From Candidatus Bathyarchaeota archaeon (GTDB lineage Archaea > Thermoproteota > Bathyarchaeia > Bathyarchaeales > Bathycorpusculaceae): a stretch of DNA of 64,000 nucleotides. Positions within the stretch are counted from its first letter, which is position 1; every line of letters starts with the position of its first letter. Both the position numbers and the translations under genes were made by a program. Below, one piece after another: positions 48,521-58,859 of this stretch. Location: NCBI GenBank assembly GCA_963775895.1, contig CAVZKL010000009.1:1-64000 (forward strand), written 5' to 3'. The notes below the pieces were generated by a model. The model was not told where the DNA came from. It did no database searches and was given only the letters and a program-made list of their open reading frames with translations.

Positions 48521-49768
48521 TTAGGATCCAAACTTCTTGGTTTTACCGATGAAACTCATCATAATCGACATAAGGTCAATGCCTCTTATTCTGTTCAATC
48601 CGCCCATTGCGCACGTTCTTTCACCGAATTCGGTCACATCATCACGGCGGACGTCTAGCCCCATTATCGCCACGGGAACGGGATCACCCTCATGATTTCT
48701 CGTCCGCAAGGAGGTGGTGTGATCAGCAGTGACTGCGAGATACGTGGACGTCATGTCGGCGTGATCGATAATGTAGCTGAGCATCTCGTCAACGTGCTCT
48801 GTCGCATCTATTTTCAAGTGGGCGTTCCCGTCGTGACTAGCAACATCAGTCGCCTTCACGTGAACCAATACAAAATCGTTTGACTTCAATGCACGTACAG
48901 CAGCTTTTGCCTTTGCTTGGTAATCAGTTTCCAGGGTTCCGGTGGCACCCTTAACGTCGATCAATTTCATTCCTGCGACTCTGCAAACTCCTCTTATTAG
49001 GGAAACCCCGGCGATGCATGCAGATTTGATGCCGAACTTTTCTTGAAGCAAAGGTATTTGCGGAACAGTGCCAGCGCTTCTGCACAGAATGATGTTAGCT
49101 TCTGGGAGTCCGCGTCGGGCCCTCGCCTTGTTGACTGGGTCCTCTGTCAAGACTTCGTGGAACTTGTCCATGAGCGCGTTAACGATAGCCGCTGTCCGTT
49201 GAGCCTCCTTGGTTCCGTCCAGAACCTTTATTTCCAAAACTTTCTTCCCAGCGGATTCTGGGTCAGAGTCGCTCACTGCGGTAGACAGTTTGGGCCCATG
49301 GATGATGAGGGCTGCTCGATGTTGAACAGCGTTTTTGAACGTGAACTTGACGTCTGGATATTTAACGAGTTTGACCTTCTGAAGTTTCGCCGAAAGTAGC
49401 GAAGCATCTTCGTTAGCGATTCTTCCTGCTCGTCTATCTAAGACAACTAGGTCTTTATCGACGGTCGCAAAATTGCACCTGAAAGCAACGTCTCCGGAAA
49501 GAACCTCAAGACCCATGCCCAGTGCTTCGAGCGCGCCTCTCCCCCTGTAAACCTTTGACGGGTCGTATCCAAGCATTGCGAGCGTCGCAGTATCGCTTCC
49601 TGGTGGGATGCCTGGAGCAATCGGATCGATTATGCCGCAGATGCCGTTTGCAGCTATTCGGTTCATTGCAGGCTTTTTAGCCACTTCCAGAGGCGTCTTC
49701 CAACCCAATTCTTTCAAGGGCCTATCCGCCATTCCGTCAGCGATAAGTAAGATTGCTTTGGGACCCAT
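48521..49768 (-). CDS. apgM: Cofactor-independent phosphoglycerate mutase
   Basis: DGMADRP, KTPLE, PGSD, GRGALEA, D..SHDG, TADH. Confidence 0.94.
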   Translation of the reverse strand: MGPKAILLIADGMADRPLKELGWKTPLEVAKKPAMNRIAANGICGIIDPIAPGIPPGSDTATLAMLGYDPSKVYRGRGALEALGMGLEVLSGDVAFRCNFATVDKDLVVLDRRAGRIANEDASLLSAKLQKVKLVKYPDVKFTFKNAVQHRAALIIHGPKLSTAVSDSDPESAGKKVLEIKVLDGTKEAQRTAAIVNALMDKFHEVLTEDPVNKARARRGLPEANIILCRSAGTVPQIPLLQEKFGIKSACIAGVSLIRGVCRVAGMKLIDVKGATGTLETDYQAKAKAAVRALKSNDFVLVHVKATDVASHDGNAHLKIDATEHVDEMLSYIIDHADMTSTYLAVTADHTTSLRTRNHEGDPVPVAIMGLDVRRDDVTEFGERTCAMGGLNRIRGIDLMSIMMSFIGKTKKFGS

Positions 49769-50015
49769 TCTGAGTTCATTCCTCTTTGTTGAAAACTAGT
49801 GTTGAATTTGCTGCGTTGAGATTAAAGCGTTTGCGCATGTGGCTCCATGCTCCGGGAGAAAATGTTTAATAGTTTCTTCGTCGATGTGGTTGCAAGTGGT
49901 CAAAATGGGCGATTGCGTTCCACATCGCTGAATTCTGTGAAAACGCAGCCCATTCTATGAAAAAATCCACGGAAAAACTATATTCTACCTCTAGAAAACA
50001 AAGGGAGAGATCTTA

Positions 50016-51479
50016 ATGGCAAGAACAACAAGAACGGATGAAAAAGTGATCTCGAGAGAAAAATGGAGCAAACATTTCGGCAAATGGTTTAGAAAAGTTT
50101 TGATTGAAGGAAAAATCTTCGATTACAGGTATCCGATTAAAGGACTGGGAGTCTGGCTTCCTTACGGGTTCAAAATACGTGAAAGCGTTTTCAGGGTGAT
50201 TCGAAATCAGCTGGACTCGACAGGACACGGTGAAGCCTTGTTTCCACTTCTAATCCCAGAAGCATCCTTGCAGAAAGAAGCTGAACACGTTGAAGGATTT
50301 GAAGCTCAGGTCTTCTGGGTGACCCAAGGCGGACAAGCGCAGCTAAAATCGCGACTGGCCCTAAGGCCGACGAGTGAAACCATCATAGGTCCTATGCAGC
50401 ATTTGTGGATACGCTCATACACCGATCTGCCGTTGAAGCTCTACCAAATAGTGACTGTTTTCAGGTACGAGACAAAAGCAACCAGACCGATTCTGAGGAT
50501 GCGAGAGTTCGATTTCAAAGAGGCGCATACTGCACATGCTACAGAAGACGAGGCTGAAGCAGAAGTTAGAGAAGAAATCGACAACTACAAGAAAATCTTT
50601 GACAAACTGTGCGTGGCCTACTACATCTCAAGAAGACCCGAATGGGACAAATTTGCTGGCGCAAAATACACGACTGCCTTCGACATGATTTGCCCAGACG
50701 GCAGAACGCTGCAAATAGGCACGGTGCACAACCTCGGTCAACACTTCTCAAAAGCATTCGACGTCTCATACGAAACAAAAGACGGCGGCAGAGAATACGT
50801 GTGGCAGACATGCGCCGGCATTTCAGGAAGAGGAATAGCATCAGTACTGATCATGCATGGCGACGACCATGGAGTGACATTACCGCCTGAGATCGCGCCA
50901 ATCCAGATCATAATTATCCCAATTCCGTACAAGGGAAAAACAGAACTCGTGAACAAAGAATGCCAGAAAGCCGCACATGAACTGGAACAGAAAGGGTTCA
51001 GAGTGGAAGTTGACCTCAGAGAAGACATCACACCGGGCTCAAAATACTTTGACTGGGAACTGAGAGGAGTGCCAATTCGGGTTGAGATAGGCCCGCGAGA
51101 CATCGAAAGAAACGAGGTCACAATCGTCAGAAGAGACAACCTTACAAAACAAATCTGCAAGCGAAATGAACTGCCAGAACTCGTCAACAGCATCGCGAAC
51201 GTCATGACTGATGACCTGAGACAAAGAGCGTGGGAGTGGACGAATCGACACTTTCACCGAGCTAAAACTCTCGAAGAAACAAAAGGACTCCTTGAAAAAC
51301 ATGCTGGAATCGTTGAAGTACCTTGGTGTGGAAAAGCAGAGTGTGGCCACAAACTCGAAGAAACTGCCAACGCCCGAGTGTTAGGCACTCCGGAAGATGC
51401 AGAACAAGAAACAAAGGGAACGTGCGTAGTCTGTGGTGAAAAAACTGAAACCGTGGTCAGGACAGCAATCGCTTACTAA
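50016..51479 (+). CDS. proS: Proline--tRNA ligase (archaeal type)
   Basis: [33 protein letters not shown]-terminal AIAY. Confidence 0.97.
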   Translation: MARTTRTDEKVISREKWSKHFGKWFRKVLIEGKIFDYRYPIKGLGVWLPYGFKIRESVFRVIRNQLDSTGHGEALFPLLIPEASLQKEAEHVEGFEAQVFWVTQGGQAQLKSRLALRPTSETIIGPMQHLWIRSYTDLPLKLYQIVTVFRYETKATRPILRMREFDFKEAHTAHATEDEAEAEVREEIDNYKKIFDKLCVAYYISRRPEWDKFAGAKYTTAFDMICPDGRTLQIGTVHNLGQHFSKAFDVSYETKDGGREYVWQTCAGISGRGIASVLIMHGDDHGVTLPPEIAPIQIIIIPIPYKGKTELVNKECQKAAHELEQKGFRVEVDLREDITPGSKYFDWELRGVPIRVEIGPRDIERNEVTIVRRDNLTKQICKRNELPELVNSIANVMTDDLRQRAWEWTNRHFHRAKTLEETKGLLEKHAGIVEVPWCGKAECGHKLEETANARVLGTPEDAEQETKGTCVVCGEKTETVVRTAIAY

Positions 51480-51499
51480 CGTGAAGGATGCGCGCTTCG

Positions 51500-53335
51500 C
51501 TACAGCGAAAGCTTCACCCTTCCACTGAGTTCTCTTGCCACATCCTCCAACCCTAGTTTCGTCAACGTTGACCCTGAAGGTATCCCACGTTCATCCCATC
51601 CTCGTTTTTGATAATATGCCTGTAACATATTGGTAAATTGGGCTTTGTCGAGTTTCTTGCCTTTCAACGGTCCTTGGGTCAAGGGCTCCTCAAACCAGCG
51701 CGCAGGAGGAAGGTCCATTTCAGCGCTCCATTTGCTGCCAAATTCGCGGACCCAGAAAGCCCTGATTAGGTTGAAGACTCGGTCGGCGATCAAGTCCAGA
51801 GTCTTCCAAGGCATTTCCACTCCTGTCACTGCACGCAAGAACTTTGGGTACCACTCAAGCTCAAACCCCACTTCGATCCACGGTAACCGACAAACCGTTA
51901 AACATTCGAAAACTCCTCCGCGGATGCGTTGCAACTCGATGACTTTGTCAACCTTCTCGGTCGTGTATCCTTCTCTGCCGGTTTTCACTTCCCAGGAAAT
52001 CACCCATGCGTCTTTGTGATGAGCGCCGATGGAAGATGTCGCGTAGGCGAGAGCCATGGCGGGTGTTGTGTGACAATCGTACGCCGAAGTTTCCAGACCT
52101 TTAACATGCATGGCCCACCGATCCGATCCGTTCCCTATTTCTTGTGAAGCCGCATAGACTCCATCGGCTAGCATATTGCCCAAGTAGCCTTTCCGGTGCG
52201 CAATGTCCGTGATTAGGGCCCTGGTTGCTTTGTATTTGCCCCACGGCAACCTTTCTTTGATAAGTCCCTTTTCAGATGCTTCCATGGCGAAGCCAAGAAC
52301 GTTGCCTAACGAGATGGCGTCCAAACCGTACTCGTCAGCCACTCTGTTTAGTGCCGCGACACTCTTGAGGTTGCCCAATCCGATGTTTGATCCAAGCATG
52401 GCGACGTTTTCATAATCAAGTTCGGACTCCTTTCTGTCTGAATCTTTGACGACGTTGCCGCAGGTCATGTTGCACATGGGGCAACCACGGTTGGAGACTT
52501 TCATTTTCTCCATGGCAAAGCCTCCTATGCCGTTTGCCTTTTTGAAAACTCCCTCGCGGTAGTTGCACGTTGGAAGCACACTGTTCTCTTGACTCCATTC
52601 GATCGTACTCATCGTGCCTTGACGTTTCCAGAAAACATAGTTAGGCTTCGCGAGAACTTCTCTGTACGCTTCATCTCCGAGATCCTTGATTTCCTTAGCA
52701 TCGGCAGATGGCAACTCGTTAGAGCCGATAAAAATCACCGCCTTCAGGTTCTTGGAGCCCATGACGGCGCCCATGCCAGGTCTACCTCCAGCGCGGCCTT
52801 CTTGGGAAACGATATTAGCGTATTTCACGAGGTTTTCTCCAGCTTGGCCTATGCATAGAATGCCTGCCATCCGCCCGTAGGGCTCCGCGAGTTTTCTTTC
52901 GGTCTCAAAAGAGTTGGCACCCCACAATTCCCTCGCGTCAAAGAAGTCTGCGGCATCATCCCGAATCAGTAGAACTATCGGGTTTTTGGCCTTGCCTTCA
53001 ACGACAACGGCGTCATATCCAGCTTTGCGCATTTGAACGGAGGCGAGGGTGCCTATGTTTCCGTCTCCGTAACCCCAAGTCAGTGGGCTCTTGGCAGCTA
53101 CGATTAGTTTGCCACTGCTTGGAAGTGCAAAGCCTGTTAGTGGTCCTGCAGCAAAGACGAGTCGATTTTCAGGCGAAAGTGGGTCCACCCCAGGTTTGAG
53201 TTCATCCCAAAGGATTTTGGCGGCGAACCCTCTGCCCCCCAGAAAATTCTTTGCCATTTTGGCGTCGTACTTGTCTGCGACCGCTTTTTCTTTGCTGAGG
53301 TTCACGTGCAAAATTCTTCCGTTCCAACCGAACAT
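51500..53335 (-). CDS. aor: Aldehyde:ferredoxin oxidoreductase
   Basis: GWNGRIL, GAVMGSKNLKA, CPMCNMTC, DYE, DEYGLD, YYQKRGWD. Confidence 0.94.
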   Translation of the reverse strand: MFGWNGRILHVNLSKEKAVADKYDAKMAKNFLGGRGFAAKILWDELKPGVDPLSPENRLVFAAGPLTGFALPSSGKLIVAAKSPLTWGYGDGNIGTLASVQMRKAGYDAVVVEGKAKNPIVLLIRDDAADFFDARELWGANSFETERKLAEPYGRMAGILCIGQAGENLVKYANIVSQEGRAGGRPGMGAVMGSKNLKAVIFIGSNELPSADAKEIKDLGDEAYREVLAKPNYVFWKRQGTMSTIEWSQENSVLPTCNYREGVFKKANGIGGFAMEKMKVSNRGCPMCNMTCGNVVKDSDRKESELDYENVAMLGSNIGLGNLKSVAALNRVADEYGLDAISLGNVLGFAMEASEKGLIKERLPWGKYKATRALITDIAHRKGYLGNMLADGVYAASQEIGNGSDRWAMHVKGLETSAYDCHTTPAMALAYATSSIGAHHKDAWVISWEVKTGREGYTTEKVDKVIELQRIRGGVFECLTVCRLPWIEVGFELEWYPKFLRAVTGVEMPWKTLDLIADRVFNLIRAFWVREFGSKWSAEMDLPPARWFEEPLTQGPLKGKKLDKAQFTNMLQAYYQKRGWDERGIPSGSTLTKLGLEDVARELSGRVKLSL

Positions 53336-53406
53336 GTCGTTTACCTTCCTGAAAATCAGTTTGTGAATATATTCAGTTGACGGCAGATAAGGCTAACCCT
53401 TTGCCG

Positions 53407-54693
53407 TTAGATCACCAGTTTTTCTGGTTCTACGTTTCTGTTCTTCAGCCCCAAGTCGGTGACTTTGAATTTCTTGTCGCCGTAAAGATAGGCATATTCT
53501 TCTCCCCTGTAAAGGGCTGCCGCTATTCTCCCAATTGCGTCAGCTTTGAGTATTCCACTTCCACTGGCACCGCCAGCAACCATGACGCCGTTCTCTTCAA
53601 AAATCAACGGTTGACCGTCGATGCTATTGATTTCATACAGCCCTGCAAAAGCTGAAAAAGGTTGGCTGCCAGTGAATTGAGGGAAGTACTTCACCATGAC
53701 CTGGTAAAGGCCATACGTGTAGTAGTTTTCTTCAGGTTCAGGTTCATCCTCGATCTTGAAGGCACGGGGAAACTCGTCAGCATAAGCAAGCCACAAGGCG
53801 TCTTCTTCAGGTGCTGGACGAATGTAAGCCGTGGGCTTTGGAAGAATCGTGAATGGTAGACATCCCGCTTTGCTGAACTCCCTGCAGAAGAGCAACTTCC
53901 TCAGTTCATCAGTCTTCGCTTTGATGGAGAATATCTGCCTCTTTTTCGCCTTGATAAAACATTCAACACCAACTGGGTCCAAAAGTTGGGAAGCCCATGC
54001 CCCCGTTGCAACTATCGTCTTCTTGGCTTTTATCGGGCCCTTTGCAGTTTCTACCCCCGTGACGGATGCGTCTTGCCAGAAGTACGGTTCGCCAGGCATT
54101 CCTAAAGGTTGACGAGGTTCGACTATAAGTCTATTCACTTCCGTGTGGTATTGTATTTTTCCACCGAGTTTGAGAAACTCGGACTCATAGAATTTGACGA
54201 GCGAATCAACATCGATCAAGCCTGCCTTTGGGATTAATACCCCTTTGTGAACGCCGCCCAAACCCATCATTTTGGCTTCATCATCATTCTCGAAATCAGT
54301 CCGCATGCCAAGTTTCCCAGCCAAGTCTGCGGAATCGTATTCAACGTAATTGAAGCCTCTGCCCGCCAGTTCTTTCAAGACTGGAAGCATCCTACGGTAG
54401 CCGTCTTGATCAAAAAACCACAGGTAACCAGCCCAGCGCAGTTTCAAGTCAAACCTCAAATCGTCCTGTACGTGACGGTAAAACTCTGCTGACGAGTCTG
54501 CAAGAGCGAAGTTTGTGCCTGAGGTGAAAAGACAACGAAAAGCAGCTGCGCTCTTCGCTGTGCTGCCCTGTCCTGCGGCGCCGAGTCGGTCGACAATCAG
54601 GATGTTGAGGTCAGGGTTTGCTTTCTTGAGGTGGTATCCTGTTGATAAACCGACTATTCCTGCGCCCACTATTGCGGCATCGACCTCTACCAT
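53407..54693 (-). CDS. FAD-dependent oxidoreductase (DAO / proline dehydrogenase beta-like)
   Basis: VGAGIVG, ATGAW, AGLYE..S.DGQP, SGSGI; start ATG 54693. Confidence 0.85.
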   Translation of the reverse strand: MVEVDAAIVGAGIVGLSTGYHLKKANPDLNILIVDRLGAAGQGSTAKSAAAFRCLFTSGTNFALADSSAEFYRHVQDDLRFDLKLRWAGYLWFFDQDGYRRMLPVLKELAGRGFNYVEYDSADLAGKLGMRTDFENDDEAKMMGLGGVHKGVLIPKAGLIDVDSLVKFYESEFLKLGGKIQYHTEVNRLIVEPRQPLGMPGEPYFWQDASVTGVETAKGPIKAKKTIVATGAWASQLLDPVGVECFIKAKKRQIFSIKAKTDELRKLLFCREFSKAGCLPFTILPKPTAYIRPAPEEDALWLAYADEFPRAFKIEDEPEPEENYYTYGLYQVMVKYFPQFTGSQPFSAFAGLYEINSIDGQPLIFEENGVMVAGGASGSGILKADAIGRIAAALYRGEEYAYLYGDKKFKVTDLGLKNRNVEPEKLVI

Positions 54694-54957
54694 AGGAAAC
54701 CCATCGAATTTTGAATTCAAATATTGAAAACGTACGAGATTTAAACTTAGCTGTCTCGTTGCTATGAAAAGCATTTGAAGCAAACCATGGCTTCATACCA
54801 GAAGATTATGAATCATGAGTTATTCAGCGACGTTGGAATGGTTTGAACCCTTTTCCCCATAACACCCATCGTGAAGGGAGGACAGTCTCGTTCTGAAATG
54901 CTTATTTACCCCTGAGAAATATGTTCTACAACAAACGTTCAAAATTGAAGGAGCAAT

Positions 54958-56589
54958 TTGCACATGAAACGTCGAACCCTGGCAGTTTCCACCGTTTTTA
55001 CAATCATCTTGATCTTGATTGCCGCCATAGTAGGCGCAATAATATCTTATGGATGGACCATGTCATCTTTCTTTCTGGAACCTGAGAAAGTCATCGACGT
55101 GACTATCACTGATCTGAATTTTCAGGTGAGCAACGCGAGACACTTTGGCGTAACGATCATGAACCCTTCTCACTCTGTCTCTGACACGAACATAACAGAG
55201 ATCTACGCGACGGCAACGGGATTGAACACGACGGTCGCGTCAGCCACCGACCCGGCACTCCCATTCATTCTCGCGCGGGGTACGGTTCAGACCTTTAACT
55301 GTTCACTGGTGTGGGGGGACGCCGCTGGCCAGGTTATAACTGTGCACGCGTTAACGAGCAATGATACGGAAGCCATACGCTCGGTGCAGACACAAAGCGT
55401 CCGACTAGTGATGAGCGCAGTTTTCAACGCGTCGGAAAGCGTCAACTACTTCAACGTAAGCGTCACGAGCGTGAACGCACCCATCGACCTCACTCTGAAC
55501 CGAGTGTTGTTCGACTTCAACGCCGTGAACAACACGAACTTGAATTTTATTACTCTTCCCCAGGTGATTCATTCAAATGAAACGATAAACTTCACCTGCA
55601 ACGTTGCGTGGGAAGGATACGTGAACCCAGTTCTGAGAGTGGAGACTGAAGAGGGCTATGCGGTTCAAATAACAACGGAGGCGAATGCAATCGTTAGCCT
55701 GCAAGTTGCTGGAATCAGCTTCAACGCTACGAACACCAATGAAGTTGACGTGACGCTGTTCAATTCGAATGAATCAACCAACAGTGTAGACGTTTCAAAC
55801 ATGACATTTTCATATGATAACAGCACTTTCGTAATAAACGGAAGTCTTTCAAACCCGACCTTACCAGCAACGATTGGCATAAATCAATCAGTTGTTTTTG
55901 CGTGCAAGTGGGATTGGAGCAACTTGCGTAATATGACCGTAACGGTGAACGCCTACACCTTGCAAGGATTCGTCGGCGTCTCCAACACCACGGTAACGCC
56001 TCTAAGCGTGGCCGCAAACATAACAGCTGTGAATTTCGATTTGAGCGACACAGGAATTTTCTCAGTCAACGTGACCAATATGCCCTACTCGCTCAGCGCC
56101 GTCAATGTTACCAGCATCTATATCAACCAAGCTAATGCCAGCTTCAATCCAACGACGTTAAGCGCAGGACAGCAAGCCACAGTAGCGTGCAACTATAACT
56201 GGTCAGGCTTTATAGGACAAGACGCGAGAATAACAGTCTACTTCAATTCCGACTCAAACGGATTCTCAGAGGTCTACAATTTCCACATCCCGTACATCAA
56301 AGTCACAGGCGCAACCTTCTTGTCCAATTCAGACAACAGCTTCTACGTGAATGTCACCGTCCACAACAGCGAGTTTTCCAAGGTCAACGCCACGATCACA
56401 ACCGTGCAAGTCAGTACGAATAACACAACAGTTCCAATCACTGGAGTCACAGGATACACGATCAACGTGGGATCAGATATTGCAATAGTCTGTCCGTGGT
56501 ATTGGAAGCAGTATTCGACCCAAAACATAACTGTGACCGTTTACACTGCGGACGGAACAGTAGCGTCAGCAACCTTTGAAGTCCCGTAG
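54958..56589 (+). CDS. Membrane-anchored or secreted surface glycoprotein with about 5 beta-rich repeats
   Basis: Basic then hydrophobic N-terminus, many NxS/T sequons, recurring CxxxW motif. Confidence 0.85.
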   Translation: MHMKRRTLAVSTVFTIILILIAAIVGAIISYGWTMSSFFLEPEKVIDVTITDLNFQVSNARHFGVTIMNPSHSVSDTNITEIYATATGLNTTVASATDPALPFILARGTVQTFNCSLVWGDAAGQVITVHALTSNDTEAIRSVQTQSVRLVMSAVFNASESVNYFNVSVTSVNAPIDLTLNRVLFDFNAVNNTNLNFITLPQVIHSNETINFTCNVAWEGYVNPVLRVETEEGYAVQITTEANAIVSLQVAGISFNATNTNEVDVTLFNSNESTNSVDVSNMTFSYDNSTFVINGSLSNPTLPATIGINQSVVFACKWDWSNLRNMTVTVNAYTLQGFVGVSNTTVTPLSVAANITAVNFDLSDTGIFSVNVTNMPYSLSAVNVTSIYINQANASFNPTTLSAGQQATVACNYNWSGFIGQDARITVYFNSDSNGFSEVYNFHIPYIKVTGATFLSNSDNSFYVNVTVHNSEFSKVNATITTVQVSTNNTTVPITGVTGYTINVGSDIAIVCPWYWKQYSTQNITVTVYTADGTVASATFEVP

Positions 56590-56638
56590 CGCATCCACAA
56601 CCTTTATTTCATTTTTCGAGCCAACCACACGAAGAAGC

Positions 56639-57853
56639 GTGACACTCTTGACAAGCGTCAAACCTACAGAAAGAGTGCGCGAAGTTGAATATCCAATTCG
56701 TGACGTCATTCCATACGCGAAACAGGTCGCGAAAACAGGCAAGAAGATCTACTATCTAAACATCGGCGACCCAAACGCATTCGATTTTGACACGCCAATC
56801 CACATAAAACAAGCCTTAATCAAAGCAGTTCAAGAGAAAGCGAACGCTTACTCACCTTCAGAGGGACTGCAAGAGCTCAGAGAGGCGATAAGTCAAAAAG
56901 AGAAAAGAGTCAACGATGTTGAATTCTCACCAGACGACGTCATTGTAACCTCTGGAATTTCTGAAGGTATCCAAATGGTGATGGCAGCACTCATCAACCG
57001 TGGAGACGAAATTCTCCTTCCAGGACCGACGTACCCACCATACATTGCCTATGCAAAATTCTTTGGTGGAATTCCCATCACATATAGAACCGTCGAAGAA
57101 AAAGGCTGGCAACCAGACACCGACGACATTAGAAAGAAAGTGTCCAAGAAAACCCGCGCCATAACAATAATAAATCCAAACAACCCATGCGGGGCACTGT
57201 ATGACGAAAAAATAGTAAGAGAAATGTCCGACATAGCCGCCGAGCACGACATCCCAATCGTTGCAGATGAAATCTACGACCGAATAGTCTTCGAGAAAAA
57301 ACTCGTTAGCACAGCTCACTTGGCCAAAGACGTACCAGTTATAGGGCTAAATGGCTTCTCGAAAGTCTATCTGATGACAGGCTGGAGACTCGGCTACGTT
57401 TATTTCCACAGTTCAGATGGTCGGTTAAGAGAAATGAAGGAGTGCATAGAGAAAGAGGGCAGACTAAGACTCTGCGTAAACACGCCAGTCCAAAAAGCCG
57501 GAGTAGCCGCCTTGAATGGCCCTCAGGACCATATTGGACCAACCGTCGAGAAAATTCGACAGAGAAGCCTTTTTGCATGGAAAAGGCTGAACGAGATTGA
57601 AGGAATCAGCTGCGCAAAACCGCAAGCAGCTTTTTACGTTTTTCCCAAGATTCACGGTGTAGGGTCGAAATGGAAGACAGATATGGAATTTGTACTCGAT
57701 CTCCTGAGAGAGACGGGTGTGCTTTTTGTCCATGGATCTGGCTTCGATCCTGTTTACGGAGCTGGACACGTGAGAGGAGTTGTCCTTCCCCCGCCTGAGG
57801 ATCTAACGAAGGCACTTGATGAAGTTGAAGGCTTCATGAAGAAACATGGGTAG
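56639..57853 (+). CDS. Class I/II aminotransferase (alanine aminotransferase-like)
   Basis: VEYPIRD, LNIGDP, NPNNP, DEIYD, GFSK...TGWRLG; start approximate. Confidence 0.92.
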   Translation: MTLLTSVKPTERVREVEYPIRDVIPYAKQVAKTGKKIYYLNIGDPNAFDFDTPIHIKQALIKAVQEKANAYSPSEGLQELREAISQKEKRVNDVEFSPDDVIVTSGISEGIQMVMAALINRGDEILLPGPTYPPYIAYAKFFGGIPITYRTVEEKGWQPDTDDIRKKVSKKTRAITIINPNNPCGALYDEKIVREMSDIAAEHDIPIVADEIYDRIVFEKKLVSTAHLAKDVPVIGLNGFSKVYLMTGWRLGYVYFHSSDGRLREMKECIEKEGRLRLCVNTPVQKAGVAALNGPQDHIGPTVEKIRQRSLFAWKRLNEIEGISCAKPQAAFYVFPKIHGVGSKWKTDMEFVLDLLRETGVLFVHGSGFDPVYGAGHVRGVVLPPPEDLTKALDEVEGFMKKHG

Positions 57854-57883
57854 AAATAGGCTGAAACTCTCTTAATTCTGGCG

Positions 57884-58774
57884 TTATTGATAGATGACTA
57901 TTCCTTCCTTTGGGTCGCGAACGAGTTTCGTGAATTCTGCCTGCAATCGTCTTGTGATTGCACCAGGCTTGCCGTCATTTATCTGTCTCTTGTTTATTTC
58001 TCTGAGTGGTATGATTTCCGAAGCTGTTCCGGTGAAAAAGACTTCGTCAGCGTTGAAGAGCTGAAACGGAGTGATGATTGTTTCTTTCACATCATAACCC
58101 AATCGCTTTGCCAAGTCCTGAACCGCTTCCGCGGTTATGCCGCGCAACGCCCCCGTGTAGGTTGGCGGTGTGCACAGCTTCCCCTTTTTCACCATGAATA
58201 TGTTCTCGGCTACTCCCTCGCACACAAAGCCGTTCTTATCAAGGACTATTGCTTCGTCTACTCCCCATATGTTCGCCTCGATCTTGGCTAGAATGCTGTT
58301 GAGGTAGTTGAGAGATTTTATTTCGTGCGACGTAGCATCAACGGGATCTCTCTTAACCCATGAAATCAGCGCGGCTATACCTTTTTCCTTGGCATCGTCG
58401 CCATGCAGCATGATCGAGTCGGTTATTATTATTATCGTCGGTTTGGGGCATCTGCGCGGGTTCAGTCCAAGGTCTCCTTTGCCTCTTGTGACCACAAGAC
58501 GAATGTAGGCATCTTTCAGTTTGTTTCTGCGCAGGGTTTCAAGCGTTCTCTGTATCATTTCCTCTCTACTAATGGGGATTTGAAGCATTATCATGTGAGC
58601 TGAACTGTAAAGTCTGTCTATGTGTTCCTTTAACCTGAAAACCACTCCGTTGTAGGCGCGGATGCCTTCGAATATGCCATCACCATAGAGTAGACCATGA
58701 TCGAAAACTGAAATCTTCGCTTCAGACTTTGGATAGAAGTTTTCATCTATATAGACCTGCAGCTCGCTGTCCAA
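57884..58774 (-). CDS. ilvE: Branched-chain amino acid aminotransferase
   Basis: DHGLLYGDGIFEG, KSLNY, EG..ENIF, LRGIT, DEVFFTGT. Confidence 0.95.
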   Translation of the reverse strand: MDSELQVYIDENFYPKSEAKISVFDHGLLYGDGIFEGIRAYNGVVFRLKEHIDRLYSSAHMIMLQIPISREEMIQRTLETLRRNKLKDAYIRLVVTRGKGDLGLNPRRCPKPTIIIITDSIMLHGDDAKEKGIAALISWVKRDPVDATSHEIKSLNYLNSILAKIEANIWGVDEAIVLDKNGFVCEGVAENIFMVKKGKLCTPPTYTGALRGITAEAVQDLAKRLGYDVKETIITPFQLFNADEVFFTGTASEIIPLREINKRQINDGKPGAITRRLQAEFTKLVRDPKEGIVIYQ

Positions 58775-58859
58775 ATTGTTCCCTCCTGAAACGCGAATTT
58801 AGTCTAAGAAGTCAAGGTTTCATATATCTTTTGGAAAGACCCACCAGTTCTCACCGTCA

